Origin: an uncultured Pelagibacteraceae bacterium
Lineage (GTDB): Bacteria; Pseudomonadota; Alphaproteobacteria; Pelagibacterales; Pelagibacteraceae
Direction of reading: 5' to 3'
Assembly: GCA_902550635.1 (NCBI GenBank)
Contig: CACCZY010000002.1
Coordinates: 10,169 to 74,168 of the forward strand
Length of the DNA: 64,000 nt
Shown here: piece by piece, positions 19,177-27,841 of the stretch
Position numbering within the stretch: the stretch's first letter is position 1
Layout: every line of letters begins with the position of its first letter
Position numbers and translations under genes: made by a program
Notes under the pieces: model-generated
What the model was told of the DNA's origin: nothing
The model's input: only the letters and a program-made list of their open reading frames with translations
The model's database searches: none

Positions 19177-19601
19177 TAATAATCTCCGCCCATCTGTTTA
19201 TATTTTTTTGCTAGTAGTTGTGCTTTTCTGGCTGACCACTGACCCGCTTTTGTACCGTGGGTATTAGATGCTTTAATTTGTAAAAATAATTTTTTTCTTA
19301 AATATGGGTGGGTATAATTACCTGTTTTTTTATCTGTTACTTTATATTTAAATTCATTTCTGTATTTTCTAACTTGATCCACTATAAAATTTGGCTGTTT
19401 ACTATATTGTTTTCCTTTTTTTAAAGCTTTGATTTTTAATTTAGAAGTAAATTTGTAATCACTTTTTTTTAATGTTTTTATAGCTTTTTCGGGCAAATAT
19501 CTTTCACCTGTTAATGAAGATTTTTTTCCAGATTTAGTTTTCCATTTTTGTTTTATCCAAGCTATTAAATTAACCTGTTTTTGACTTAAATTTTTTTTCA
19601 T
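19173..19601 (-). CDS. very basic DUF5872-like ('WSARKAQ') protein with swapped module order
   Basis: motifs W.KQKWKTKSG, TGERYLP, KGKQYSKQP and NYTHP.LRK.LF..IKA, GQWSARKAQLLAKKYKQMGG. Confidence 0.75.
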   Translation of the reverse strand: MKKNLSQKQVNLIAWIKQKWKTKSGKKSSLTGERYLPEKAIKTLKKSDYKFTSKLKIKALKKGKQYSKQPNFIVDQVRKYRNEFKYKVTDKKTGNYTHPYLRKKLFLQIKASNTHGTKAGQWSARKAQLLAKKYKQMGGDYY

Positions 19602-19613
19602 TACGAAACAATC

Positions 19614-19736
19614 CTAAAAATATTTTATAACTAGATAAGAAATTAAAACTGACCAGAAAAATGCATAATAGTAGTAAATATATTTTTTTCTAACGAATTG
19701 AGATGAAATAAAGTTTTTATTTTGTTTTTTTTTCAT
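19614..19736 (-). CDS. putative 40-aa single-TM peptide (below ORF-track cutoff)
   Basis: ATG overlaps the SDR stop (TAATG); MKKKQNKNFISSQFVRKKYIYYYYAFFWSVLISYLVIKYF*; fills the gap up to the DUF5872-like gene. Confidence 0.5.
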   Translation of the reverse strand: MKKKQNKNFISSQFVRKKYIYYYYAFFWSVLISYLVIKYF

Positions 19737-20443
19737 TAAATAGAAGACCTCCCTCCATCTACCCCAATTATTTGTCCAGTTATCCACGAACTTTCATCGG
19801 TAAGTAATAGCTTTGCCATTGCGGCGGCATCTTTTCCTTCGCCAATTCTTTTCATTGGATGAGCTTTTGCAATGCTTTCAGACATAATAGTATTTTTTAA
19901 AAGTGGTTGAGCAATTTTTGAATTAGTCAAACTTGGAGCTATACAATTTACTCTAATATTTGGAGCAAACTCAGCTGCAAGAGAAATTGTTAAACCTTCA
20001 ACAGCAGCTTTAGTTGAAGAGATAATCGAATGGTTAGTAAAACCTCTTTTGGCAGCAACTGTAGAAAATAATATTATTGAACCTTTATTTTTTTTAAGAC
20101 TATCTTGATAAGCTTTAATTACTTCGACAGCAGAATAAAGATTTAATTTCATACATTTTTGAAAATCATTTTCACTAACCATTTTTAATGGTTTTAAATC
20201 TATTGAACCTACACAATATGCAATTCCTTTTATTTCAGTAATTTCAGATTTTATTTTATCAACAAAATTATTTTCTAAAACATCTACGACTGAATATGAA
20301 CAATTTAATTTTTTTGACAGAGATTTTACTTCCTCTTCATTTCGACCCACAAGATGAATATCCTGTTTTGATTCATATAGTTGGTATGCTAAATTAGAAC
20401 CTATAGCGCCGGTTGCTCCAAAAATTAAATATTTAGCATCCAT
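19736..20443 (-). CDS. short-chain dehydrogenase/reductase (SDR)
   Basis: IFGATGAIG, RVNCIAPSLT, HPMKRIG, WITGQIIGVDGG; catalytic YxxxK appears as ISSTK. Confidence 0.9.
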   Translation of the reverse strand: MDAKYLIFGATGAIGSNLAYQLYESKQDIHLVGRNEEEVKSLSKKLNCSYSVVDVLENNFVDKIKSEITEIKGIAYCVGSIDLKPLKMVSENDFQKCMKLNLYSAVEVIKAYQDSLKKNKGSIILFSTVAAKRGFTNHSIISSTKAAVEGLTISLAAEFAPNIRVNCIAPSLTNSKIAQPLLKNTIMSESIAKAHPMKRIGEGKDAAAMAKLLLTDESSWITGQIIGVDGGRSSI

Positions 20444-20454
20444 TTCTAATAAAA

Positions 20455-20847
20455 TTAATAACGATTTTTTTTTGGTTTAATTCCAAGTTTGTCACTATGT
20501 CTTAATCTTAAAATTACTATAGCTGCTGCAATAAGTACAATAGCTACAGCCTCATAAACTAATCCTGATGGATCCATCTCTTTTCCCTGTAGTATTATAA
20601 ATCGCGATAGTGCTGTTATTGCAATAAGCAAAGGCAATGTAATACTTATTGATTGTTGATCCCAAAAAATTCTAACCATTGCTAATACTTCTAAATAAAG
20701 AAACATCAACAACAAGTCAGCTAAAGTTACTGATTGATTTAAAAACATTGTTTTTATTTCAATTGCAACGGCTATTACTGTGCTTAAAAGAATTATTGAT
20801 AGTAAAATTAGTTGTAGGTTTTTAGTTATATTTTCCATATTAATCAT
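20455..20847 (-). CDS. psiE: PsiE-family (phosphate-starvation-inducible) membrane protein
   Basis: TLADLLLMFLYLEV, PLLIAITALSRFIIL; four TM segments. Confidence 0.8.
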   Translation of the reverse strand: MINMENITKNLQLILLSIILLSTVIAVAIEIKTMFLNQSVTLADLLLMFLYLEVLAMVRIFWDQQSISITLPLLIAITALSRFIILQGKEMDPSGLVYEAVAIVLIAAAIVILRLRHSDKLGIKPKKNRY

Positions 20848-20886
20848 GGAAAATTATTTTAAAATTTATTTTCATTCTTTATCATA

Positions 20887-20934
20887 TTTGTCGCAGACAA
20901 AGAAAAAACTATACGTTTTATTATCTGCGACAAA
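20887..20934. repeat. inverted repeat in the divergent psiE promoter region
   Basis: TTTGTCGCAGA(20887-20897) ... TCTGCGACAAA(20924-20934), perfect 11-bp arms, 26-nt spacer. Confidence 0.8.
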
Positions 20935-20992
20935 AAATAAATGTAAAAAATTTTGAATATTAAGAAAATACTATTACTTATTCCTAAATTCT

Positions 20993-21211
20993 ATGTTTAA
21001 AATTATAATTGTATATGAAATATTTTTTTTTCTATTTTGGAATATAATTTACTTCGGAGCTGATCTAGAAGATTTTGTAAAAAGTGAGTCTTTGGCTTTT
21101 ATATATTATATATTATCATCAATGGCTTTAGGATGGGTATTAATTTATGTGATGAGGTTTACATTTAAAAATATTCCTGACCCAAGAAAAGTTGCAAAAC
21201 AAAAAAAATAA
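20993..21211 (+). CDS. hypothetical two-TM membrane protein
   Basis: 72-aa ORF with two hydrophobic segments and a basic tail, in otherwise empty space. Confidence 0.6.
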   Translation: MFKIIIVYEIFFFLFWNIIYFGADLEDFVKSESLAFIYYILSSMALGWVLIYVMRFTFKNIPDPRKVAKQKK

Positions 21212-21225
21212 TAATTTAAACTTAA

Positions 21226-22926
21226 CTAATAATTTAACTTATTATTCATTATTTTCAAAAATACATTTTCTAATTCATTAATAAAAAGTTTGTTCTCAAA
21301 TAAATATTTTGATGCTTGATTTTTAAAATAATTTTTTTGATCTAAAGCTTTTTTTTCTTCTAGATTTGCAATTTCAACAGATAAATCAACATATTCATCA
21401 ACTGTATTAACGACGGGAGAATTTTCTAATTTCATTTGATCGTAAGCCCCTTTAACAATTCGTGCCTTTAAATAATTACTAGGCAAAGTTACAGTTGGTG
21501 TTCCATAATACATTGACTCATGAAAACTATTACCTGAACTAAAATAAATAGGATCTAATAATACTGATGCTTGACCACAATGATTTATAAATTCTTTTTC
21601 TTTTAATCTTTCTATAAAAATAACTCGCTCTATATCTCCATTGATTTTTTTTTTTAATCTTTCATAAAAACTTTTTGCTAAAATGTTTTTCGAGTCTTTT
21701 ATGAAGAAAATTTTTGCTTTTTTATCTTTAATTAAAATTTTTCTAATAATTTCATCAAAATCTGGATGAAATTTAAATAAACTTTGTGGACAACAGTATT
21801 TATTTCTTACAGATAAATTTTCATTTTTTAATCTAAAATCATTTTCAATCCTGGGTTTGTAAAAATACATTGGTAAATGATTAACTAAAATTAATTTTTC
21901 ACTATAATGATTTTGTGCTGTTTGAATTTCGCATAATTTTGAGGATAAAAAATAATCTATATTTTTATTTCCAGTTGTCTCCGGATGTCCCCATGAAGTA
22001 ATTTGAAATTTTGCTAATCTTAAATAAGATAAAAAATATAAATCAAAAGACATATGAATGTCAGGATAAAATATTATATCTAATTTATTATTTACAATTG
22101 TCTGAACTTTTTCATCAAAATTTTTTGTTAAAAAAATATTTTTTATATTGCCATTAACCTCCATTTCTAAAATTTTTTTAAAATAATTTCCTTTTCTAGT
22201 TCTATAAGAATGGAAGATTATTATTTCGAATTTTTGTCTATTTAAATTTTCAATAATACCCTTATAAAGCTTTGCAATTGTATGCTCAGTAATAAATTCC
22301 GATATAAATCCAATTCTTATTTTTTCAGAATTTTTTTTTAATAATTGAATTTTTTGATTTAATTTTGGATAAATTTTTCTATATACAGTTACAATTTTTT
22401 CATTAATTTTAAGATTATCGTATTCATCATAAGAAAGCTGAAATATAGGAGGCAATATATAATCTTTAGATACGTCTAGTTTTATATTTTTTTTGCTTAA
22501 AATATTATCTAAATTTTTATTAAGATTATTTCTGTTTATTTTAATTTCTTCTTTCGAATTAGAAAAATTTGGAAAATATATCTTGCTACTTATTTCATCT
22601 TTTAATGTTAGACTATTTTTATTTTTTCTATCTAAAATAATTTGTTCAAGTTTTTTTTTTTCGTTTAGTTCTTTGTAGATTTTTTGTAATAAATCAAATG
22701 CTTTTTGATTGTTTCCTTCTTCATTAATAGCTTTTTTCAAAAAATTTATTGATTCAATAAATTTATTTTGATTATACAAAGATAAAGCTAAATTTTCTAA
22801 TATACCAATGTTGTTTGGAAATAATTTTTCTGCCTTTTTAAAATGCTCAGTAGATAAATCAAAATTTTTTTTTTTATATTCAATAATACCTAAATTTAAA
22901 AATTTTAAAGCTTCTTCTTTTTCCAT
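21226..22926 (-). CDS. TPR-containing GT41 (SPINDLY/HMW1C-like) protein glycosyltransferase
   Basis: N-terminal TPR helices; IGFISEF..HTI, DIIFYPDI, RLAKFQITSWGHPETTG..NIDYFLS, CPQSLFKFHP, LDPIYFSSGNS, GTPTVTL. Confidence 0.85.
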   Translation of the reverse strand: MEKEEALKFLNLGIIEYKKKNFDLSTEHFKKAEKLFPNNIGILENLALSLYNQNKFIESINFLKKAINEEGNNQKAFDLLQKIYKELNEKKKLEQIILDRKNKNSLTLKDEISSKIYFPNFSNSKEEIKINRNNLNKNLDNILSKKNIKLDVSKDYILPPIFQLSYDEYDNLKINEKIVTVYRKIYPKLNQKIQLLKKNSEKIRIGFISEFITEHTIAKLYKGIIENLNRQKFEIIIFHSYRTRKGNYFKKILEMEVNGNIKNIFLTKNFDEKVQTIVNNKLDIIFYPDIHMSFDLYFLSYLRLAKFQITSWGHPETTGNKNIDYFLSSKLCEIQTAQNHYSEKLILVNHLPMYFYKPRIENDFRLKNENLSVRNKYCCPQSLFKFHPDFDEIIRKILIKDKKAKIFFIKDSKNILAKSFYERLKKKINGDIERVIFIERLKEKEFINHCGQASVLLDPIYFSSGNSFHESMYYGTPTVTLPSNYLKARIVKGAYDQMKLENSPVVNTVDEYVDLSVEIANLEEKKALDQKNYFKNQASKYLFENKLFINELENVFLKIMNNKLNY

Positions 22927-22940
22927 TAATATAATTAAAC

Positions 22941-24125
22941 TTATCTTAATTTTTTTTTGTGATAACTAATAAATCTTTCTACATTTGATTTATTAAATGT
23001 TTTATTTTCTTCAAAAGATACTTTTTTCATCGAGTATGCCTTACTTTTTGTTATTCTAGATACAATTGTTACATTGCCTTTGTATAATTTTAATTTAACT
23101 GATCCATTTACTTTATTTTTCTTTAAGTCTACTATTTTTTGTAATTTAAACCTTTCTTTTGAATACCAATAACCATTGTAAATAAGTTCTGCATATCTTG
23201 GCATAATATTATCTTTTTTATGCATTGTTTTTTTATCTAAAGTAACAGACTCAATAGCTCTGTGGGCAGTAATTAATAAAGTTCCACCGGGTGTTTCATA
23301 TACTCCTCTCGATTTTATTCCAATAAATCTATTTTCAACTAAATCAACCCTTCCAATTCCATTTTTTCCTGCAAAATTATTTAATTTTTCTAAAAGTTTT
23401 GATGGAGAGTATTTTTTTCCATTTATAGATATTGGATTGCTATTTTTAAATCCTATAGTTACAAATGTAATTTTGTTTGGAGCTTTTTCTGGGGAAGTGG
23501 TTCTCTGAAAAATAAATTCTGGAGCTGCATTTTTAGGATTTTCCAAAACTTTTCCTTCTGTTGAAGTATGAAATAAATTATCATCAATTGAAAATGGAGG
23601 CGCACCTCTTCTATCTTTTGGAATTAGAATATTATTTTTTTTTGCATATTTAATCAGATCTGATCTTGATTTTAGTTTCCATATTCTCCAAGGTGAAATA
23701 ATTTTAATTTTAGGTGCAAAATAATGATAACCTAACTCAAATCTTACTTGGTCATTACCTTTTCCAGTTGAACCATGAGAAACTGCGTAAGCATTAAATT
23801 TTTTTGCAACTCTAATTTGTTCTTTAGCAATTAGAGGTCTTGCTATTGAGGTACCTAATAAATAAACACCTTCGTAAATCGCGTTACCTCTTATCATTGG
23901 ATAAATATAGTCTTTAACAAAAGTATCTTTTAAATTTTTTATAATAATTTTTTTAACACCAAATTTTTTTGCGTTTTTAATAATTTTATTTTTATTAATT
24001 TTTTGACCAATATCTGCTGTATAAGTAATTACTTCAGAATTATATTTTTCTTGCAACCATTTTAAAATTATTGAAGTATCTAACCCGCCTGAGTAGGCAA
24101 GGACAATTTTCTTTTTTGATTTCAT
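22941..24125 (-). CDS. argG: argininosuccinate synthase
   Basis: VLAYSGGLDTS, YLLGTSIARPLIAK, HGSTGKGNDQVRFE, ENRFIGIKSRGVYETPGG, LYKGN. Confidence 0.93.
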   Translation of the reverse strand: MKSKKKIVLAYSGGLDTSIILKWLQEKYNSEVITYTADIGQKINKNKIIKNAKKFGVKKIIIKNLKDTFVKDYIYPMIRGNAIYEGVYLLGTSIARPLIAKEQIRVAKKFNAYAVSHGSTGKGNDQVRFELGYHYFAPKIKIISPWRIWKLKSRSDLIKYAKKNNILIPKDRRGAPPFSIDDNLFHTSTEGKVLENPKNAAPEFIFQRTTSPEKAPNKITFVTIGFKNSNPISINGKKYSPSKLLEKLNNFAGKNGIGRVDLVENRFIGIKSRGVYETPGGTLLITAHRAIESVTLDKKTMHKKDNIMPRYAELIYNGYWYSKERFKLQKIVDLKKNKVNGSVKLKLYKGNVTIVSRITKSKAYSMKKVSFEENKTFNKSNVERFISYHKKKLR

Positions 24126-24135
24126 TTACTATTAT

Positions 24136-24672
24136 TTATGAGCAACTTTTTTTTGCACTATTATAGGCTTTTGAGAATCCCATTAGTGAGTAATGATCTA
24201 TTGTTTGAGAACCTTTTTGATTGTACCCTGTAATCATTATTCTTGAACCAGCTTTCATTGCTTTTATCATTTTTTTTTCTATTTTTTGATCTGCAATCCA
24301 AGCAAAGTTGTCTTGAGAAATATCAAATTTAAATTTTCTTTTACCTGATTTTGCAATAATAGAATTTTTTTTATTATATTCATATCCAGAGGTAGTACTT
24401 ATTTCGTCTATGATTTTTTCATTCGGTCTGAAGCTTACAAATAATCTGGATTCCCTTTTATTTTTTTTTGGTGATTGTAAAACGGGTTTTGTTTGAGCAA
24501 AACAAGTTTTTTCATTACTATTTTTTAAAATTATTGTTTCCCAATCTTTAAATTTTCCTATTTTTTTTATTTCTTGTGCAGAAATTTTAAAATTAAATAA
24601 TGTAAAAACTATTATTAGCACAATAATAGTTTTAAATTTATGGACTTGGGTTAGGGTATATTGATTGAACAT
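24136..24672 (-). CDS. invasion-associated locus B (IalB)-family exported protein
   Basis: signal peptide, GKFKDW, KTCFAQTKP, AMKAGSRI.ITG, DHYSLMGFSKAY...C; start uncertain (ORF track 24693). Confidence 0.75.
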   Translation of the reverse strand: MFNQYTLTQVHKFKTIIVLIIVFTLFNFKISAQEIKKIGKFKDWETIILKNSNEKTCFAQTKPVLQSPKKNKRESRLFVSFRPNEKIIDEISTTSGYEYNKKNSIIAKSGKRKFKFDISQDNFAWIADQKIEKKMIKAMKAGSRIMITGYNQKGSQTIDHYSLMGFSKAYNSAKKSCS

Positions 24673-25675
24673 AATTAATTTGTTTAATAACACTCTCGTT
24701 TAATTGGACATTTACACTATCTATATCACTTTTCAACTGTTCCATAGTTGTAGAACCTATTATTGTAGATGTTATAAAACTTTGAATTTCACAAAATTTT
24801 AAGGACATTTGAGCAAAATTTAAATTATTTTCTTTTGCTATTTTATAATATTCTTCAATCGCCTTAGCATCAATATCAGACTTGTATCTTGGAAAATAAT
24901 TTCCAAATAATTTATATCTGCTTTTATCAGGAAATTTTCCATTTCTATATTTGCCACTTAAATAACCTCCAGCCAGAGGAGAATAAGCCAAAAGTCCGCT
25001 CTGTTCCCTTATCGATATTTCTGCTAAGCCAATTTCGTAAGTTCTATTAAGTAAATTATATGGATTTTGTACCGACATCATTTTAGGTAATTTTTTTATT
25101 TTTGAAATCTCTAAAAATTTTGAAAGTCCCCATGGTGTTTCATTTGAAAGTCCAATATATCTAATTTTTCCTGATTTGATGATTTTTTCTAGAATAGATA
25201 AAATTTCCTCAAAACTATTCCAACTTTTATCTTCTTTATGAACATATCCTAATCTTCCCATACAATTAGTTTTTCTTTCTGGCCAATGTAACTGATATAA
25301 ATCAATGTAATCTGTTTGAAGTCTTTTTAAACTATCATTTACCGCTTCATTAATTTTTTTTTCATTAAACTGATTTCCTCCTCCTCTTATCCATTTTAAT
25401 CCTGGACCAGAAATTTTTGATGCTAAAATAACTTTTTTTCTATTTTTTCTTTTTTTAAACCAATTTCCAATAATTTCTTCGGTTTTGCCGTAAGTCTCTT
25501 TTTTTGCTGGAATAGAATATAGTTCTGCAGTATCAAAAAAATTTATTCCATTATTCAATGCATAATCCATTTGTTCAAAACCTTCTTTTTCAGTGTTTTG
25601 CTCACCATAAGTCATTGTCCCTAGACAAATTGTGCTTACTTTTAAGTCTGTATTTCCTAAGTTTTTGTAATTCAT
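24638..25675 (-). CDS. tas: NADP(H)-dependent aldo/keto reductase, Tas-like
   Basis: ICLGTMTYGEQN, FFDTAELY, SLKRLQTDYIDLYQLHWP, GLSNETPWG, LAYSPL. Confidence 0.88.
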   Translation of the reverse strand: MNYKNLGNTDLKVSTICLGTMTYGEQNTEKEGFEQMDYALNNGINFFDTAELYSIPAKKETYGKTEEIIGNWFKKRKNRKKVILASKISGPGLKWIRGGGNQFNEKKINEAVNDSLKRLQTDYIDLYQLHWPERKTNCMGRLGYVHKEDKSWNSFEEILSILEKIIKSGKIRYIGLSNETPWGLSKFLEISKIKKLPKMMSVQNPYNLLNRTYEIGLAEISIREQSGLLAYSPLAGGYLSGKYRNGKFPDKSRYKLFGNYFPRYKSDIDAKAIEEYYKIAKENNLNFAQMSLKFCEIQSFITSTIIGSTTMEQLKSDIDSVNVQLNESVIKQINYVQSIYPNPSP

Positions 25676-25705
25676 TATTTATTTTTATTAATTATATTTT
25701 GAATT

Positions 25706-25735
25706 CTTGAAAATATATTAAAAAGTTACTATATA
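25706..25735 (+). promoter_or_regulatory. possible RpoH/sigma70-type promoter of the Bax-inhibitor gene
   Basis: CTTGAA(25706-25711)-N17-CTATAT(25729-25734), 7 nt before the ATG. Confidence 0.4.
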
Positions 25736-25741
25736 TTAATT

Positions 25742-26503
25742 ATGGATTTCAATAGAAATAATATCTTAAATAAATCAGCTACAGTAGCTAAAAAATCAAT
25801 AGTAATGGATGAGGGCCTTAGAGCCTATATGTTAAAAGTTTATAATTACATGGCTACCGGGGTTTTACTAACTGGTATAATAGCTCTTATTTCTTTCAAG
25901 ATGTCAGTAGTGACAGATACGAGTGGAGTTATATCTGGTTTTACAAGTTTTGGAAATGCATTATTTTTTTCAGGACTAAAATGGATCGTAATGTTAGCAC
26001 CTTTAGGAATTGTTTTTTATATGAGCTTTGGCATAAACAAGATGAGTGCTGCTAAAGCACAAACCGTATTTTGGATTTTTGCAGCTCTTATGGGTTTATC
26101 GTTATCTTGGATATTGTTAGTTTATACTGGAGTAAGTGTTGCTAGAGTATTTTTCATAACTTCTGCAACGTTTGGTGCAATGAGCATTTATGGATATACA
26201 ACTAAAAGAGATTTAACAAAACTTGGATCTTTTTTAATGATGGGTTTAATAGGGATTATAATTGCATCTTTGGTTAATATATTTTTAAAATCATCAATGA
26301 TGTATTTTGTGATTTCAATTTTAGGAGTATTAATTTTTGTTGGTCTAACAGCATATGATACACAAAAAATTAAAAATATGTATGCTGCTTCAGACTCAGG
26401 CGAGCTGATTGGTAAAAAGGCAGTTATGGGTGCATTGACACTTTACCTAGACTTTATCAATTTATTTATAATGTTACTGAGACTTTTTGGTCAAAGAAGA
26501 TAG
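25742..26503 (+). CDS. Bax inhibitor-1/YccA family membrane protein
   Basis: DEGLRAYMLKVYNYM, YGYTTKRDL, GLTAYDTQKIK, GALTLYLDFINLF. Confidence 0.93.
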   Translation: MDFNRNNILNKSATVAKKSIVMDEGLRAYMLKVYNYMATGVLLTGIIALISFKMSVVTDTSGVISGFTSFGNALFFSGLKWIVMLAPLGIVFYMSFGINKMSAAKAQTVFWIFAALMGLSLSWILLVYTGVSVARVFFITSATFGAMSIYGYTTKRDLTKLGSFLMMGLIGIIIASLVNIFLKSSMMYFVISILGVLIFVGLTAYDTQKIKNMYAASDSGELIGKKAVMGALTLYLDFINLFIMLLRLFGQRR

Positions 26504-26505
26504 TT

Positions 26506-26844
26506 TTAAAATTTTTTCCAATTAATATTTTTTAGTAAAGCTTTTAAATTATTAGAATTCTTTAAGATTTTTCCTCTAGAATCTGTAATCAAATACTTTA
26601 GACTTTTATTGTTTGGTTTAAAATTTTTACATATTTTATACATTGCGCTTTCCGTAGCATTTTTAAAAACACTAAAACCTACTTGTTTACTCGATATATT
26701 AAGACCATAGTCTTTCCAAGAACCTTCAGATACCATTTTTGCATATAAATCTAAAATTATTTTTAATTCATTTTTTTCAAAAAAATATTTTTGATCAAAA
26801 TTTTGTGAACTATTATTAATTACTAATTTTAAATTTTTACTCAT
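26506..26844 (-). CDS. DUF2794-family protein
   Basis: F.KNELKIILDLYAKMVSEGSWKDY, FSVFK, GKILK. Confidence 0.8.
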   Translation of the reverse strand: MSKNLKLVINNSSQNFDQKYFFEKNELKIILDLYAKMVSEGSWKDYGLNISSKQVGFSVFKNATESAMYKICKNFKPNNKSLKYLITDSRGKILKNSNNLKALLKNINWKKF

Positions 26845-27388
26845 TAACTTTATATTTATTTATTAATGTTATTTGAAAAGCTGTAAAAATAAAAGTTATT
26901 GGCAATATACCCCAAACTTTAAAATTAACCCAAAACTCCTCTGATTGTGTTCGCCAAATAATTTCATTTAATAAGGCTAAACTAAAAAAAAAATACATCC
27001 ATCTACTATTTAGTATTTTCCAACCCTCATTAGTCAATTGTATAGATTTACCGAGCATTTTTTTTAAAATTGGATCTTCTGTAAAAAATTTTCCAAATAA
27101 TAATGTGAGTCCAAACAATATATTAATAATTGTTGGTTTAATGTATATGAAAATAGGATTATCAAAATATATTGTGAGACCTCCGAATAAAGTAATAAGT
27201 ATTCCTCCTAATAAGGGTATCATTGGAATTTTTTTTTCTAGTATCCAAACAATCAACAAAGCAATTAAAGTTGCAAATATAAAAGGAGGTATTGCAACTT
27301 TTAAATCTTTACCACTGTTATAATAGTAAAAAAAGAAAACCATTAAAGGTCCAAAGTCTGTGACAAATTTAACAAAAGATTTATTCAC
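26837..27388 (-). CDS. ispZ: intracellular septation protein A (YciB/IspZ)
   Basis: DFGPL..FF, FGGLTIYF....FIYIKPTI, LNEIIWR, WVNFKVWG. Confidence 0.92.
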   Translation of the reverse strand: MNKSFVKFVTDFGPLMVFFFYYYNSGKDLKVAIPPFIFATLIALLIVWILEKKIPMIPLLGGILITLFGGLTIYFDNPIFIYIKPTIINILFGLTLLFGKFFTEDPILKKMLGKSIQLTNEGWKILNSRWMYFFFSLALLNEIIWRTQSEEFWVNFKVWGILPITFIFTAFQITLINKYKVNE

Positions 27389-27431
27389 AATTTTATATTA
27401 ACAGATTAATTAAACTTTAATAATTTTTTTA

Positions 27432-27458
27432 TTGATTTTTGATTATAAATATCCATAT
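27432..27458 (+). promoter_or_regulatory. probable RpoH (heat-shock) promoter of hspQ
   Basis: TTG(27432-27434)-N18-CCATAT(27453-27458), 7 nt before the ATG at 27466. Confidence 0.5.
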
Positions 27459-27465
27459 TAAACTT

Positions 27466-27786
27466 ATGTCCACTAGAAATGCTAAATTTTCCATTGGTGA
27501 TATTGTAAAACATAAACATTTTGATTTTAGGGGTGTTATTTACGATGTAGATTTTGAATTTAATAATTCTGAAGAATGGTATGAATCTATACCTAAAAAG
27601 GTTAGACCTAAAAAAGATCAGCCATTCTACCATCTTCTTGCAGAAAATGATGATATTACTTATGAGGCCTATGTTTCAGAACAAAATCTTTTACTTGATG
27701 ATTCTGGAGAACCAATAAAACATCCTTTAATTAATGAGATATTTTCTGGAAGGAAGGGATCTTCTTATTTTAAGCCTTCTAACTAA
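27466..27786 (+). CDS. hspQ: heat shock protein HspQ
   Basis: AKFSIGDIVKH..F.FRGVIYDVD, DQPFYHLLAEN, AYVSEQNL; start placed at ATG 27466 (ORF track 27439). Confidence 0.92.
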   Translation: MSTRNAKFSIGDIVKHKHFDFRGVIYDVDFEFNNSEEWYESIPKKVRPKKDQPFYHLLAENDDITYEAYVSEQNLLLDDSGEPIKHPLINEIFSGRKGSSYFKPSN

Positions 27787-27841
27787 TAAGTCTTAGACAT
27801 TTTTTAAACACATTTAATTCAAAACTTTGTCATATGTATAG

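Noticed and set aside
24638-24693. Long overlap between tas and the IalB-like ORF as a possible frameshift
   Set aside because: Both ORFs are complete; a later start codon reduces the overlap to a size plausible in a compact genome.
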